NCBI GenBank assembly: GCA_002715375.1
Contig: PAZA01000005.1
Location: 1 to 54,885 of the forward strand
Length of the DNA stretch: 54,885 nucleotides
Reading direction: 5' to 3'
Origin: Halobacteriovoraceae bacterium
GTDB lineage: Bacteria > Bdellovibrionota > Bacteriovoracia > Bacteriovoracales > Bacteriovoracaceae
A program made the position numbers and the translations under genes. Position 1 is the stretch's first letter, and each line of letters begins with the position of its first letter. Of this stretch, positions 44,798-54,702 are shown one piece after another. The notes under the pieces are model-generated. The model was not told the DNA's origin and did no database searches. It worked only from the letters and a program-made list of their open reading frames with translations.

Positions 44798-45681
44798 ACT
44801 GAAATTCCTTGATCATTCAAAAACTTCAGATAATCTGCAGCTTTATAAGAACTTCTTACTAAAGGCCCTGAGGCAACAAATTTAAAGCCCTTTTGATAAG
44901 CGATTCTTTTGAGCTCAGCAAACTCTTCAGGCTTATAATACCTCTCGACCTTTAAATGCCGCTGAGTAGGCCTTAAGTACTGCCCAAAAGTAATAATATC
45001 CACTTTAACTTTTCTAATATCGTCCATAGCTTCAAGAAGCTCTTCCCAAGTTTCACCAAGTCCTACCATCAAGGATGTCTTCGTGGTTATGTGAGGGTAG
45101 TGAAGCTTATAAAACTCCAAGCAATCAAGGGATTTTTCATATCCGGCCCTCCTATCCCGAACTGGATAAGTCAGCCTTTTAACTGTTTCAACGTTTTGAG
45201 CAATTACAAAAGGCTCACTTTTGGCAAGAGTGTGCATATGCTCTGGTTTCCCATCAAAATCGGGAATCAAAACTTCAACCTTTGTTCTTGGACTATCTTC
45301 ACGAATTCTCTCTACAACTTTTGCAAAGTGTGAGGCTCCAAAATCATCGAGGTCATCCCTATCCACACTTGTCACAACCATATAATTGAGCCCCATAATT
45401 TGGGCCATTTCAGCAGTCTTTTTAGGCTCTTCCAAATCCAAAAACTTTTTGGGGTTTCCGGTCTTCACGTTACAGAATTTGCAGGCCCTCGTGCAGGTCC
45501 CTCCAAGAATCATCACAGTTGCTGTTTTTGCTGCCCAGCACTCAGATAAATTAGGACATGCCGCCTCTTCGCAAACCGTATAGAGGCCTTTTGTTCTAAG
45601 GCTAGATTTAATTTCCGTGTAATTTTCACCCTTTGGAAGGGGAACCTTAAGCCAGGATGGTTTCCTTTCAAGTTTTGTCAT
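44794..45681 (-). CDS. lipA: lipoyl synthase (radical SAM)
   Basis: Auxiliary cluster CEEAACPNLSECW, radical-SAM motif CTRACKFCNV and the C-terminal RSSYKA motif. Confidence 0.9.
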   Translation of the reverse strand: MTKLERKPSWLKVPLPKGENYTEIKSSLRTKGLYTVCEEAACPNLSECWAAKTATVMILGGTCTRACKFCNVKTGNPKKFLDLEEPKKTAEMAQIMGLNYMVVTSVDRDDLDDFGASHFAKVVERIREDSPRTKVEVLIPDFDGKPEHMHTLAKSEPFVIAQNVETVKRLTYPVRDRRAGYEKSLDCLEFYKLHYPHITTKTSLMVGLGETWEELLEAMDDIRKVKVDIITFGQYLRPTQRHLKVERYYKPEEFAELKRIAYQKGFKFVASGPLVRSSYKAADYLKFLNDQGISV

Positions 45682-45790
45682 TTATAGACCCATTTTCAGA
45701 CATGCCATTTAATTATAGATCACTTTTAGCGAACTTTTACTTCATGTATTTAGGTTTCGTCAAAAAACTAGGGGTGAGAGTAATAAAACG

Positions 45791-46183
45791 CTAAGCAGCA
45801 ACAGGAGTGGACTGAAACAGCTCCCATCGCTCCTTGGCCTTATGAATGGCCATAACTAGGTGATCTTTTATTTGATCTTTTTCTAAGAAGGCATCATACC
45901 TTGGAGCGCTCTCCCAAATCATTTCGTCTCTCTTCCTACCACTAATCAGAAGAACTGGGTAGCGCCCATTTATAAATTCGCAAAAATCAAGTCCACCCAT
46001 CCTAGGCATAAAAACATCCACAATCAGAAGGTCAAAACCACCTTTCGTCGATATTAACTTCTTTGCCTCAATACCATCAGAAGCCCTTACCAGGTCAATG
46101 TTTTCTTTTTTCAAAAGAAAGGAGAGCATCTGAAAAACCTGGTCATCATCATCGACGAGTAAGATGTTTTTCATAAATTCCAT
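45791..46183 (-). CDS. stand-alone receiver-domain protein
   Basis: LLVDDDD, LLIVDVFMPRMGG and LLISG. No output domain. It lies upstream of lipA on the same strand. Confidence 0.7.
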   Translation of the reverse strand: MEFMKNILLVDDDDQVFQMLSFLLKKENIDLVRASDGIEAKKLISTKGGFDLLIVDVFMPRMGGLDFCEFINGRYPVLLISGRKRDEMIWESAPRYDAFLEKDQIKDHLVMAIHKAKERWELFQSTPVAA

Positions 46184-46491
46184 TCCTCCTTTTTCCTAAA
46201 AAAATAATCCTCACGTTTCTAAAATTATAGGACGGTCCAATAAGTCCTTAGACCTCAAGATATGCTTAAGATTAAAGTGTGTTGAAAGTTTAAAAGTTAA
46301 GCTCATAAATTCTTGTAAATAAAAACTTCAGTCACAAAAAATAAAATTTGTTCAATCCAAAAACACCCTTTCCCAAATCTTTGAAAGGTCAATTTTTCCC
46401 TCTCTACTCCTCTTCTGGCCAAAATAGTTGCAAAAAACCTGATCTATTTTTTTTTTATTAAACCTTTTTTTTTTGGACCGATATACAAAAT

Positions 46492-47292
46492 ATGAAGGCA
46501 AAAAGAGTAGAAATAGGAAAAAAGGCCGACAAAAAACAAACTATATTGAGGGGGAAGCTCATTGCCTCGGGTCTCCTTTTGCCTTTGCAACCGGCCCTAG
46601 CTTCCGAAGTTTTTTACCAAGTTCAAAAGGGCGATAGCCTTTCAAAAATAGCCAAAAAGGTACCTTTTTCCCACGGTAAATTAAACCCCAAAGAAAAGTT
46701 TAATCTTCTCGTTAAGGTCAATCCACAAATTAGGGATATCAACCTTATTTACCCTAACCAAAAGATTAACTTACCCGTAAAAAACGAAATCGAAGAATTT
46801 TACTCAAGAAAAAGCAGCCTAAAAACTGTTAAAATATTGAGTAATCAAGTATCTGAATTTGAGACAAATAAAGAACGTACTTATATAGTAAAAAAAGGGG
46901 ATACCCTTTCAGAGATCGCTCAAAACCTCATTGGTGACCCTGTTTTTCAAAAAGGAAGAGGGTCTTTAAAATTCCTCCTCAACTATAATCCACATATCTC
47001 AAACCCCCACAAAATCAAAACAGGAATGAATATTCAGTTACCTCCTCTGGAAGAAATATCAAACCGTTTTGCATTGAACTCCCCTCCAAAAGAAAAGAAG
47101 TTTCTAAAAAGTAGAACACCAACATCAGTTTCTCAAAATAATAACTCAAGTAACTTGAGGCTTTGTTTAACAACTTCAAAAAATAGTTTTTCAAACTTGA
47201 ACTTCAACAAAGATTACCCTTTTGCAGAATGGAAAAATGGCCTCGAAAAAGATGAAGAAGGAAAACTTTCATTTCATGAAGGCTGTATTTAA
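46492..47292 (+). CDS. secreted protein with two LysM (peptidoglycan-binding) domains
   Basis: YQVQKGDSLSKIAKK...IYPNQKINLP and YIVKKGDTLSEIAQN...IKTGMNIQLP are two LysM signatures. Signal-like LIASGLLLPLQPALA. Confidence 0.7.
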   Translation: MKAKRVEIGKKADKKQTILRGKLIASGLLLPLQPALASEVFYQVQKGDSLSKIAKKVPFSHGKLNPKEKFNLLVKVNPQIRDINLIYPNQKINLPVKNEIEEFYSRKSSLKTVKILSNQVSEFETNKERTYIVKKGDTLSEIAQNLIGDPVFQKGRGSLKFLLNYNPHISNPHKIKTGMNIQLPPLEEISNRFALNSPPKEKKFLKSRTPTSVSQNNNSSNLRLCLTTSKNSFSNLNFNKDYPFAEWKNGLEKDEEGKLSFHEGCI

Positions 47293-47379
47293 ATTCATCG
47301 AATATTTTTCACTCCACTCTTTAGACATCACCTAGTCCTAGGCATATAATGATAAAAGAATTTTTGAGGAGTCCATGAG

Positions 47380-48882
47380 ATGCAATTTACAGTTGGAAAC
47401 TTTATAGATAATCAAATGATCCTCCCTGAAAATGGAAGGAAGGCCCCTATTTACAACCCAGCTATTGGAAAAGCAACGGGAGAGGTTATACTTTCAAATT
47501 CTGAAGAAACAAAAAGGGCCATTGGTGCAGCCTCAAAAGCTTTTAAGGAGTGGTCTGAAACTCCTCCCCTCAAAAGAGCTAGAATTTTATTTAAGTTTAA
47601 GGAACTACTCGATCAGTATAAGGAAAGGCTTGGAACTTTTATAACCAATGAGCATGGTAAGGTTTTAAGTGATGCTGCTGGGGAAATGCAAAGAGGTATC
47701 GAAGTTGTCGAATTTGCTTGCGGTATTCCTCATCTGCAAAAAGGAGAACACTCAAGTAATGTTGGTAGCGGAGTGGATAGCTTCTCTCTTATGAAACCTG
47801 TAGGTATCTGCGTAGGCATTACTCCATTTAATTTTCCTGCAATGGTGCCTCTATGGATGTTTCCCATAGCACTTGCATGTGGAAATACTTTTATTTTAAA
47901 GCCATCAGAAAAAGACCCCTCGGTTTCTATGGAAATGGCCTATCTTCTTAAAGAAGCGGGACTCCCAGAAGGAGTTTTTAATATTGTCAATGGAGGAAAG
48001 GAAGCTGTCGATACGCTTTTAACAGACCAAAGAGTAAAGGCTGTAAGCTTTGTTGGTTCAACGCCTATCGCTCAATATATATATGAGAAAGCAAGTCAAA
48101 ATGGAAAAAGGGTTCAAGCTCTTGGTGGGGCGAAAAACCATATGGTGATCATGCCGGATGCCGACGTTGAGCAAGCTGTATCAGGACTTATGGGGGCTGC
48201 CTATGGTTCAGCAGGAGAAAGGTGCATGGCGATTAGTGCTGCCATAAGTGTCGGTCCTGTTGGAGATATCGTCATTGAACAATTGAAGGAAAAAGTTGAA
48301 TCTCTTAAAATAGGTCCTGGCTTTAATAAAGACCTTTCTCCAGATATGGGGCCCCTCATTACAAGAGAACATAAAGAAAAAGTTGAAAGCTACATAGAGA
48401 TTGGAGTTTCTGAAGGAGCAACTCTCGTTACTGACGGAAGAAAGTTTATACCCAAGGGCCATGAAGAAGGTTTTTTCCTCGGTGGAAGCCTTTTTGATCA
48501 TGTTAAAGAGGGAATGAAAATACACCAGGAAGAGATTTTCGGTCCCGTTTTAGTTCATTTAAGGGCCTCAAGCTATGAAGAAGCCGTAGCTATAATAAAC
48601 AATCATGAATACGGCAATGGTACCGCTATTTTTACAAGAGATGGAGACACTGCGAGAAGATTTACGGAAGATATACAAGTAGGAATGGTTGGAATTAATG
48701 TTCCAATTCCAGTGCCTATGGCCTTTCATTCTTTTGGTGGATGGAAGCGTTCTCTATTTGGTCCGCTTCATATCCATGGCGTGGATGGCGTGAGATTTTA
48801 CACTCAGATGAAAACAATTACATCAAGGTGGCCATCAGGCCAAATAAAAGGTCCAAATTTTAATATGCCTACCATGAAATAG
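47380..48882 (+). CDS. mmsA: methylmalonate-semialdehyde dehydrogenase (CoA-acylating), ALDH family
   Basis: 500 aa. [35 protein letters not shown], catalytic Cys in GSAGERCMA and EEIFGPVL. The overall pattern is typical of MmsA/IolA. Confidence 0.85.
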   Translation: MQFTVGNFIDNQMILPENGRKAPIYNPAIGKATGEVILSNSEETKRAIGAASKAFKEWSETPPLKRARILFKFKELLDQYKERLGTFITNEHGKVLSDAAGEMQRGIEVVEFACGIPHLQKGEHSSNVGSGVDSFSLMKPVGICVGITPFNFPAMVPLWMFPIALACGNTFILKPSEKDPSVSMEMAYLLKEAGLPEGVFNIVNGGKEAVDTLLTDQRVKAVSFVGSTPIAQYIYEKASQNGKRVQALGGAKNHMVIMPDADVEQAVSGLMGAAYGSAGERCMAISAAISVGPVGDIVIEQLKEKVESLKIGPGFNKDLSPDMGPLITREHKEKVESYIEIGVSEGATLVTDGRKFIPKGHEEGFFLGGSLFDHVKEGMKIHQEEIFGPVLVHLRASSYEEAVAIINNHEYGNGTAIFTRDGDTARRFTEDIQVGMVGINVPIPVPMAFHSFGGWKRSLFGPLHIHGVDGVRFYTQMKTITSRWPSGQIKGPNFNMPTMK

Positions 48883-48901
48883 TTATGGAAACTCTACTCA
48901 A

Positions 48902-51010
48902 ATGAAAAAAAAGGCCAATTTACTTATTGATGAAACTTCTCCGTACCTCCTAATCCATGCCCATAATCCAATTCAGTGGCATCCATGGTGTCAATCGGCA
49001 CTTGAAAAAGCAAAGAATGAAAACCTTCCCATTTTTCTTTCTATCGGTTATCACGCTTGCCATTGGTCTCTTGTGATGGAAAGAGAGTGTTTTAACGACG
49101 ATGAAATCGCGCTAGAGCTAAATAAATCGTTTGTCTCTATTAAAGTCGATAGGGAAGAAAGGCCTGATTTAGACGATATCTACATGGCATCCCTTGAAGC
49201 TATCACAGGCCAAACCGGATGGCCGATGAGCCTCTTCCTAACTCCTTCTGGGTACCCTTTTTTTGCAGGGACAACCTTTTCAAAATATGACTCTCCCCAA
49301 AGACCTGGTTTTTTGACAGTTGTGAAAAGTATCGCAAAAGCATGGAAAACGAATCAAAAAAGTTTAATTATTCAAGGTGAAGCAATAATTAATCAAATTA
49401 AAGAATTAATAAATGAAAAACAACCAACCGATTCTTTTCCCTTTGAAGTTTTGGATTGGTCTCTAGAGGCACTAGATCAAAAATTAGACTCAAAAGAAGG
49501 AGGTTTTGGAGCAGCCCCTAAATTTCCTGGAGCTCTTAAACTGGACCTTTATATTGAATATCTCAATCAAAACCCATATCAAAGAAAAATTAAAAGAATA
49601 AATAATCACCTGGAAACTTCGCTTACAAAAATGGCCTTCGGGGGGATCTACGACCAACTTGGAGGAGGATTTCACAGGTACTCTACTGACGAAATCTGGA
49701 TGGTCCCCCATTTTGAAAAAATGCTTTACGATAATGCCCTTTTAGCAAGAACATTCTTTGAAGCATCTCAACTAAAAAATAGGGACTTTTATGAAAGAAT
49801 TGGTAAGGAAGTTTGCAATTTTATTCTCTTAGAAATGACACATGAAAATGGTGGCTTTTACTCGTCAATATCTGGTGATAGTGAAGGCATTGAAGGAAAG
49901 TACTTTTTATGGGATCGAAGTGAAATCATAAAAACGCTAGGAGAGAAAGATGGCGAAAGTTTCTGTCAAATTTTTGATGTAATAGACCCCTCAATTAATT
50001 GGGATCAACTTTCCTTTAAAAATGGCTCCCCTCCTCACGATTGGTTTTACGGAAAGATACTTCACTTAAAAAAGGACCTCACTAAATCCCTTTTGGAAGT
50101 GGAAAAGACACAAAAAGATTTTGAAGGTTGGAAAAATAAGTTACTCCAAAAAAGGCTCCTAAGAGTTTCTCCTTCCAAAGATAAAAAAATTATTACTTCC
50201 TGGAATTCACTTATGTGCGAAGCAATGGTAAAAGCCTACCAAATTACAGGAGTTATTAAATATTTAAAGGCTGCCCAAAAAAACAATTCATTTATTTGGA
50301 ATAACCTCCAAACAAACGGAAGAATCAAGACATCCTGGAAAGATGATAAAACTAAAAATGATGGCAATCTTGATGATTATTCTTTTTATGCTAAAGCTTG
50401 TCTGGAGCTTTATAAGGTTACCTCTGACCGCCTTTATTTAGAAAGGGCCATTATCACGACAGAAAATGTTCTTAAATTCTTTAAAGACCCGGCAAGCAAT
50501 ACATTTTTCTTTACGCCTTCTGACGGAGAAAGCCTTATTTACAGATCAAAAAGTATTGGGGATAGCTCAATTCCAAATGGCAACTCCATTCTCGCAGGAG
50601 TCTTAATAAGGTTAAGTCATCTACTTAAGCAAAATCACTTTTTGACCACGGCAAAGAGTATCTTTAACGAGCTTTCTCTAAAAGTAAAAGAGTCTCCCCA
50701 TCTATTTTCTTCACTTATTAGAGAATATATTCTTTTTGAAAACGGACCAAAAGAGATCATTCTAATAAATGGAAATGACGATTTGAAATCCTTTATCTTA
50801 AAGGGATTAAAGCCACAAGAGTATTTTTTAACCGAAAAAAATGAAAATATTCCGGCGCTCAAAGGAAAATCAAAAAACAGAAGCCGAAATAGAAAGTCCA
50901 ATTCACCTCTTCTCTATGAATGCACTGATGGAGTTTGCATTAGTCCAAAAAAGGGAGAGAAGGAAATTCGAGAGTTTTGGGAAAAAACAAGATTCTCCTA
51001 TTCCAACTAA
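48902..51010 (+). CDS. cytoplasmic YyaL/DUF255-family paralogue with degenerate CXXC (CHWS)
   Basis: No signal peptide. [17 protein letters not shown]; [17 protein letters not shown] (C53 at 49058-49060, Ser56 at 49067-49069 where the paralogue has Cys); [14 protein letters not shown]; [10 protein letters not shown]; [12 protein letters not shown]. Confidence 0.75.
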   Translation: MKKKANLLIDETSPYLLIHAHNPIQWHPWCQSALEKAKNENLPIFLSIGYHACHWSLVMERECFNDDEIALELNKSFVSIKVDREERPDLDDIYMASLEAITGQTGWPMSLFLTPSGYPFFAGTTFSKYDSPQRPGFLTVVKSIAKAWKTNQKSLIIQGEAIINQIKELINEKQPTDSFPFEVLDWSLEALDQKLDSKEGGFGAAPKFPGALKLDLYIEYLNQNPYQRKIKRINNHLETSLTKMAFGGIYDQLGGGFHRYSTDEIWMVPHFEKMLYDNALLARTFFEASQLKNRDFYERIGKEVCNFILLEMTHENGGFYSSISGDSEGIEGKYFLWDRSEIIKTLGEKDGESFCQIFDVIDPSINWDQLSFKNGSPPHDWFYGKILHLKKDLTKSLLEVEKTQKDFEGWKNKLLQKRLLRVSPSKDKKIITSWNSLMCEAMVKAYQITGVIKYLKAAQKNNSFIWNNLQTNGRIKTSWKDDKTKNDGNLDDYSFYAKACLELYKVTSDRLYLERAIITTENVLKFFKDPASNTFFFTPSDGESLIYRSKSIGDSSIPNGNSILAGVLIRLSHLLKQNHFLTTAKSIFNELSLKVKESPHLFSSLIREYILFENGPKEIILINGNDDLKSFILKGLKPQEYFLTEKNENIPALKGKSKNRSRNRKSNSPLLYECTDGVCISPKKGEKEIREFWEKTRFSYSN

Positions 51011-51028
51011 ATATGAGGAAAGCTTAAA

Positions 51029-53329
51029 ATGGGAAAATTTACATCAACCATTTGGAAAAATTTCTTCTATTACCTGGGTACAAAAAAAATTAAGTTTAAT
51101 ATTAAAAAAAGAGATCTACCTAAAAATGGTATTAATATTTTTCTTGCAAACCCAAAAAACCCTGTTGAAGAAAAGCTTATTGAGTCAGCTTTATACCACT
51201 CTGGAATCCCAATTCAGTTTGCAAATAAAAAGGTTATTGGAATAACTAAGGCTTCCGACCTTTCTATATCAGACCTAAAAACAGGAAACTTCCTTCTTCA
51301 TATAAAGGATTATAGACATAATGAATCTGGTCACCTCCAAGCACTTGAAGAAGTTTTAAGCCACGCAGGAAAAGAAAAGATTCCTTTGACTTTGACACCT
51401 CTTTTTTTATGGTGGCACCCCCGAAGAGTTTTGGAGTACTTAACAATAAAAATAATTAACCTTACTCAAAGTGTTTCTCTTATTAGAATTTTGGGAAAAG
51501 AATTTCTCAAAAAAAATCTTGTTCTTAAAATTTTAGAAACGTTAACACTTGATGAAAAACTAATAGCTGAGTTTAATGAAAACGAACTAACAGTTTATGC
51601 GGAAGACTGGATCGATCAATTTTTCGCCCGACAATCAAGAGAAAAAAAGTTAATTTTTGGAGAAAGATCCAAAAGCCCAGAGTTTGTCTTAGATTGGATT
51701 TTAAAACTTCCGGAATTTAAAGAACTTTTTAAAAATTTAAGTCATTCAGAAGCAAAAAAGGCCAAGAAAGATATGGCCAAGATAGTTTCTGAAATAGATG
51801 GACGTCCGCAGCCCTTTATGATTAGAATTTTTGTTACAATTTTAGAGAAAGTTCTAAGAGTTCTTTTTTCAGGCTTTAGTATTTCTAAAGATGACCTGGC
51901 AAAAATAAGTGACCTCTCCAAAAAAAACACCCTCATTTTTGTACCAAATCACCAGAGTAACTTTGATTTTCCCACTATATTTTACCTTCTCTATAAAAAT
52001 CACCTTGCAACTCCTTTCATCGCAGCAGGAATAAATATGAACTTTTGGCCTTTGGGGCCTATCTTAAGGCGGTGTGGAGCTTTTTTTCTTAGAAGAAAGT
52101 TTAGCGATGATGACCTCTATCTTCTTATCTTTAAAAACTATATTAACTTTTTAGTCACCCATAAGTTTAATATAGAGTTTTACTTTGAAGGTGGGAGAAG
52201 TAGAACTGGGAAGCTTCTCCCTCCTCGATATGGAATGCTCTCTTGGATACTTGAATCATCTCTTTACCAGGGAAAGTATCCTGTGGTCTTTCTTCCTCTT
52301 TGTATCCAATATGAGCAAGTTATGGAAGGAGCACAATACGTTAGAGAACTTAAAGGTGAGAAAAAAGAAAAAGAAAGTTTCTTTACTTTCGTAAAAGCTG
52401 CCAGAGTTTTCAGGAGACGGTTTGGAGGAGTATCAGTTAGCCTGGGAAGTGAAATTTACTTAGATCAACACACTGAAAACCTTTTGGATAGAGAGAGTCT
52501 TAGTAAAGGTAAAAAAAGAGAAATTCTTCAAAAGTTGGCATTTGAAATCGGTCACGAAATAAATAAAGTAAGAGAAGTCAATATGATTTCCTTGATTAGT
52601 TTGTGTCTTCTCGATTGCCCAGAGGGGGAACTTTCCCAAGATGAACTCACGGATTATATTAAGAATGAAATTGATTACTTACAGCAAATTAATGCTCCTT
52701 TAGAAAAAAAATTAATAAACAGTTTCGAACTGGTTCTCTCAGATTCTCTCTACGAATTGGCCAAACTTAAAGTTATTCAAAGAAATTCTGAAAATAATAA
52801 ACTATTTGTTCCCTTTGAAAAAAGAGGAATCGCAACCTACTACAAAAATACGATCCTTCATTTCTTTTGTGTCGATGAAATACTGGAATTAGGAAAAGAT
52901 AGCTACCAGAGTGCGCTTGACCTTTTTAACCTCCTTAAATATGACTTTTACTTTCATAAAAAAGTAAAAAAAGAAATTACAGGGGAGCTAGGTCAACAAA
53001 AAAAGGAAAGGAAATTAGCGGGAAGGTCTATTTTTTATATACTAGAAACTTACTACCATGGTCTTTCTATTTTAAACGAAACGAAGCCTATCAATTTACC
53101 AAAAGAAAATTCCAAACTTCCTTCATTCTTTAAAAAAGAACTTAAGAAGAGGGCGTCGGAAAAACTCGTCACCCTTCCTGAGTCACAGTTTATGAGTGCC
53201 TTTGAAGGGCTTACAGAGATTGGGAAAGGCCATCGAGATCAACTCTACCCCCAGGAAAAAATAACCTCAACACTCAAAATTCTTCAAACTCTTAAAGATA
53301 ACTACTCTTTTAAAAGAATCGATGGATAG
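51029..53329 (+). CDS. plsB: glycerol-3-phosphate acyltransferase, PlsB type
   Basis: H-x4-D block FVPNHQSNFDF, FYFEGGRSRTGKLLPP and PLCIQYEQV, in the order and spacing of E. coli PlsB (VPCHRSHMDY / YFVEGGRSRTGRLL / ISIGYE), as I recall it. Confidence 0.8.
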   Translation: MGKFTSTIWKNFFYYLGTKKIKFNIKKRDLPKNGINIFLANPKNPVEEKLIESALYHSGIPIQFANKKVIGITKASDLSISDLKTGNFLLHIKDYRHNESGHLQALEEVLSHAGKEKIPLTLTPLFLWWHPRRVLEYLTIKIINLTQSVSLIRILGKEFLKKNLVLKILETLTLDEKLIAEFNENELTVYAEDWIDQFFARQSREKKLIFGERSKSPEFVLDWILKLPEFKELFKNLSHSEAKKAKKDMAKIVSEIDGRPQPFMIRIFVTILEKVLRVLFSGFSISKDDLAKISDLSKKNTLIFVPNHQSNFDFPTIFYLLYKNHLATPFIAAGINMNFWPLGPILRRCGAFFLRRKFSDDDLYLLIFKNYINFLVTHKFNIEFYFEGGRSRTGKLLPPRYGMLSWILESSLYQGKYPVVFLPLCIQYEQVMEGAQYVRELKGEKKEKESFFTFVKAARVFRRRFGGVSVSLGSEIYLDQHTENLLDRESLSKGKKREILQKLAFEIGHEINKVREVNMISLISLCLLDCPEGELSQDELTDYIKNEIDYLQQINAPLEKKLINSFELVLSDSLYELAKLKVIQRNSENNKLFVPFEKRGIATYYKNTILHFFCVDEILELGKDSYQSALDLFNLLKYDFYFHKKVKKEITGELGQQKKERKLAGRSIFYILETYYHGLSILNETKPINLPKENSKLPSFFKKELKKRASEKLVTLPESQFMSAFEGLTEIGKGHRDQLYPQEKITSTLKILQTLKDNYSFKRIDG

Positions 53330-54003
53330 TCTGTACATATATAGTCAAACCCCATTTTTTGAAAAGCCTCCTTTTCAGAAACAGAGTTTGCATTCCACAA
53401 AGTGATTTCAATACCAGCTTGATGGCACTCTTTGGCCAAATTATCATCCACAGTTTCATTTGAAATACTTAATCCATCAGCTTGACAAGCTCTTACAATT
53501 TCAACAGGGTTTAATGGGCGTCCATAGAGAAGACAATGAGTTTTAATTTTGGGATTAACACTTTTTATCATCTTAAGAGGCAGGTGATGAAAACACTTCA
53601 CAATGGCGTTAGACTCCATTTGGGTTTTCTTTAATAAATCTATAACTTTTTGTTCACAACCTGGAGCTTTTATTTCAACAAATATGACTCTTCCTTGAAA
53701 ACTCTTCACAAGATTCAGAACTTCTTCAAGAGAAGGTATTTTTTCACCATTTCCAGCATCAAGCTTCCTCAAATCATCAAATTTTTTTTCTTTAACCAAA
53801 CCTTGTTCTTTTGTGGTCCTCATCAATGTTGAATCATGAATAACAACTAGTTCACCATCTAAAGAAAGATGGACATCAATCTCCACACCATCACAGCCTT
53901 TTTTTAACGCCAACTCAATGGAACCTAAAGTATTTTCAGGGTACTCTCCCTTTGCCCCACGGTGTCCTATAATTTTCGATTTAAAAGCCCCTTCCTTTGG
54001 CAT
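53302..54003 (-). CDS. ugpQ: glycerophosphodiester phosphodiesterase (GDPD family)
   Basis: IIGHRGAKGEYPENTLGSIELALKKGCDGVEIDVHLSLDGELVVIHD is the GDPD signature. Its 3' end overlaps the plsB 3' end by 28 nt (convergent). Confidence 0.8.
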   Translation of the reverse strand: MPKEGAFKSKIIGHRGAKGEYPENTLGSIELALKKGCDGVEIDVHLSLDGELVVIHDSTLMRTTKEQGLVKEKKFDDLRKLDAGNGEKIPSLEEVLNLVKSFQGRVIFVEIKAPGCEQKVIDLLKKTQMESNAIVKCFHHLPLKMIKSVNPKIKTHCLLYGRPLNPVEIVRACQADGLSISNETVDDNLAKECHQAGIEITLWNANSVSEKEAFQKMGFDYICTDYPSILLKE

Positions 54004-54149
54004 AAAATATTTCCTTTTTTGAAGTAAAAATGCCTTAAGTTCTTTAAATTCTCTAAAAACTTACATTAGATTATTAGTGCATTTTCAATAAAGTAAAATG
54101 ATAATAAAAAAGAAAGTAATGATAAAGGTTCAATTAAGGATAAAAACAA

Positions 54150-54671
54150 ATGAAAACATTTCTAGCTCTTTTCCTTTTTTTCAATTTGTCTTTAGCATGG
54201 TCTTCGTGTTGGGAGGACAAAGAGCATCCGGGAGAGCGGCAACTTTTCTTCAAAACTTTTTTTGATAAACCTAAAGAGGAGCTTTTTTTCTGGCTTGTTG
54301 ACCCTTCAAAATTAAAAAGTTGGCTAGGACCATTTTCCAATCACAAATCATCTAAAGAGACTAAGAATCCTTTTGGAATAGGTCATGTCAGGCGTGTTAG
54401 CGCCCCCATTTTGGGTTTTAAAGTTATCGATGAGAAAATCACCAAGTATGGCCCCCACAATCATATTCAATATAAAGGCTCTCCCTCTCCTTTTATGAAA
54501 GATCATATAGGAGACATGTGCCTCAAAACAGTTTCACAATCAAAAACAATGCTTGAATGGCGCATAAGTTTCAATAGTAATTTTTTGACGGCCAAGTTCA
54601 TTCAATTTTATATTAGGTTTAGCCTTTGGCGGCTTCATCAAAGTCTACCAAAGGTGACAACTCAAAAGTAA
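54150..54671 (+). CDS. small lipoprotein, possibly SRPBCC/START-like fold
   Basis: Signal plus lipobox-like LSLAWSSC. The size and alternating beta pattern suggest a ligand-binding SRPBCC-like protein. This is a weak call made by eye. Confidence 0.3.
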   Translation: MKTFLALFLFFNLSLAWSSCWEDKEHPGERQLFFKTFFDKPKEELFFWLVDPSKLKSWLGPFSNHKSSKETKNPFGIGHVRRVSAPILGFKVIDEKITKYGPHNHIQYKGSPSPFMKDHIGDMCLKTVSQSKTMLEWRISFNSNFLTAKFIQFYIRFSLWRLHQSLPKVTTQK

Positions 54672-54702
54672 AAATATCCACTAGCTAAAAAAGGATATCC
54701 TT

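Noticed and set aside
46416-46432. Sigma-54-like promoter TGGCC-AAAATAG-TTGCA upstream of the LysM gene
   Set aside because: The GG-to-GC spacing is 11 nt instead of the strict 10 nt, the -24 box is TGGCC rather than TGGCAC, and no enhancer-binding protein gene is nearby. It is kept only as context in the T-tract finding.
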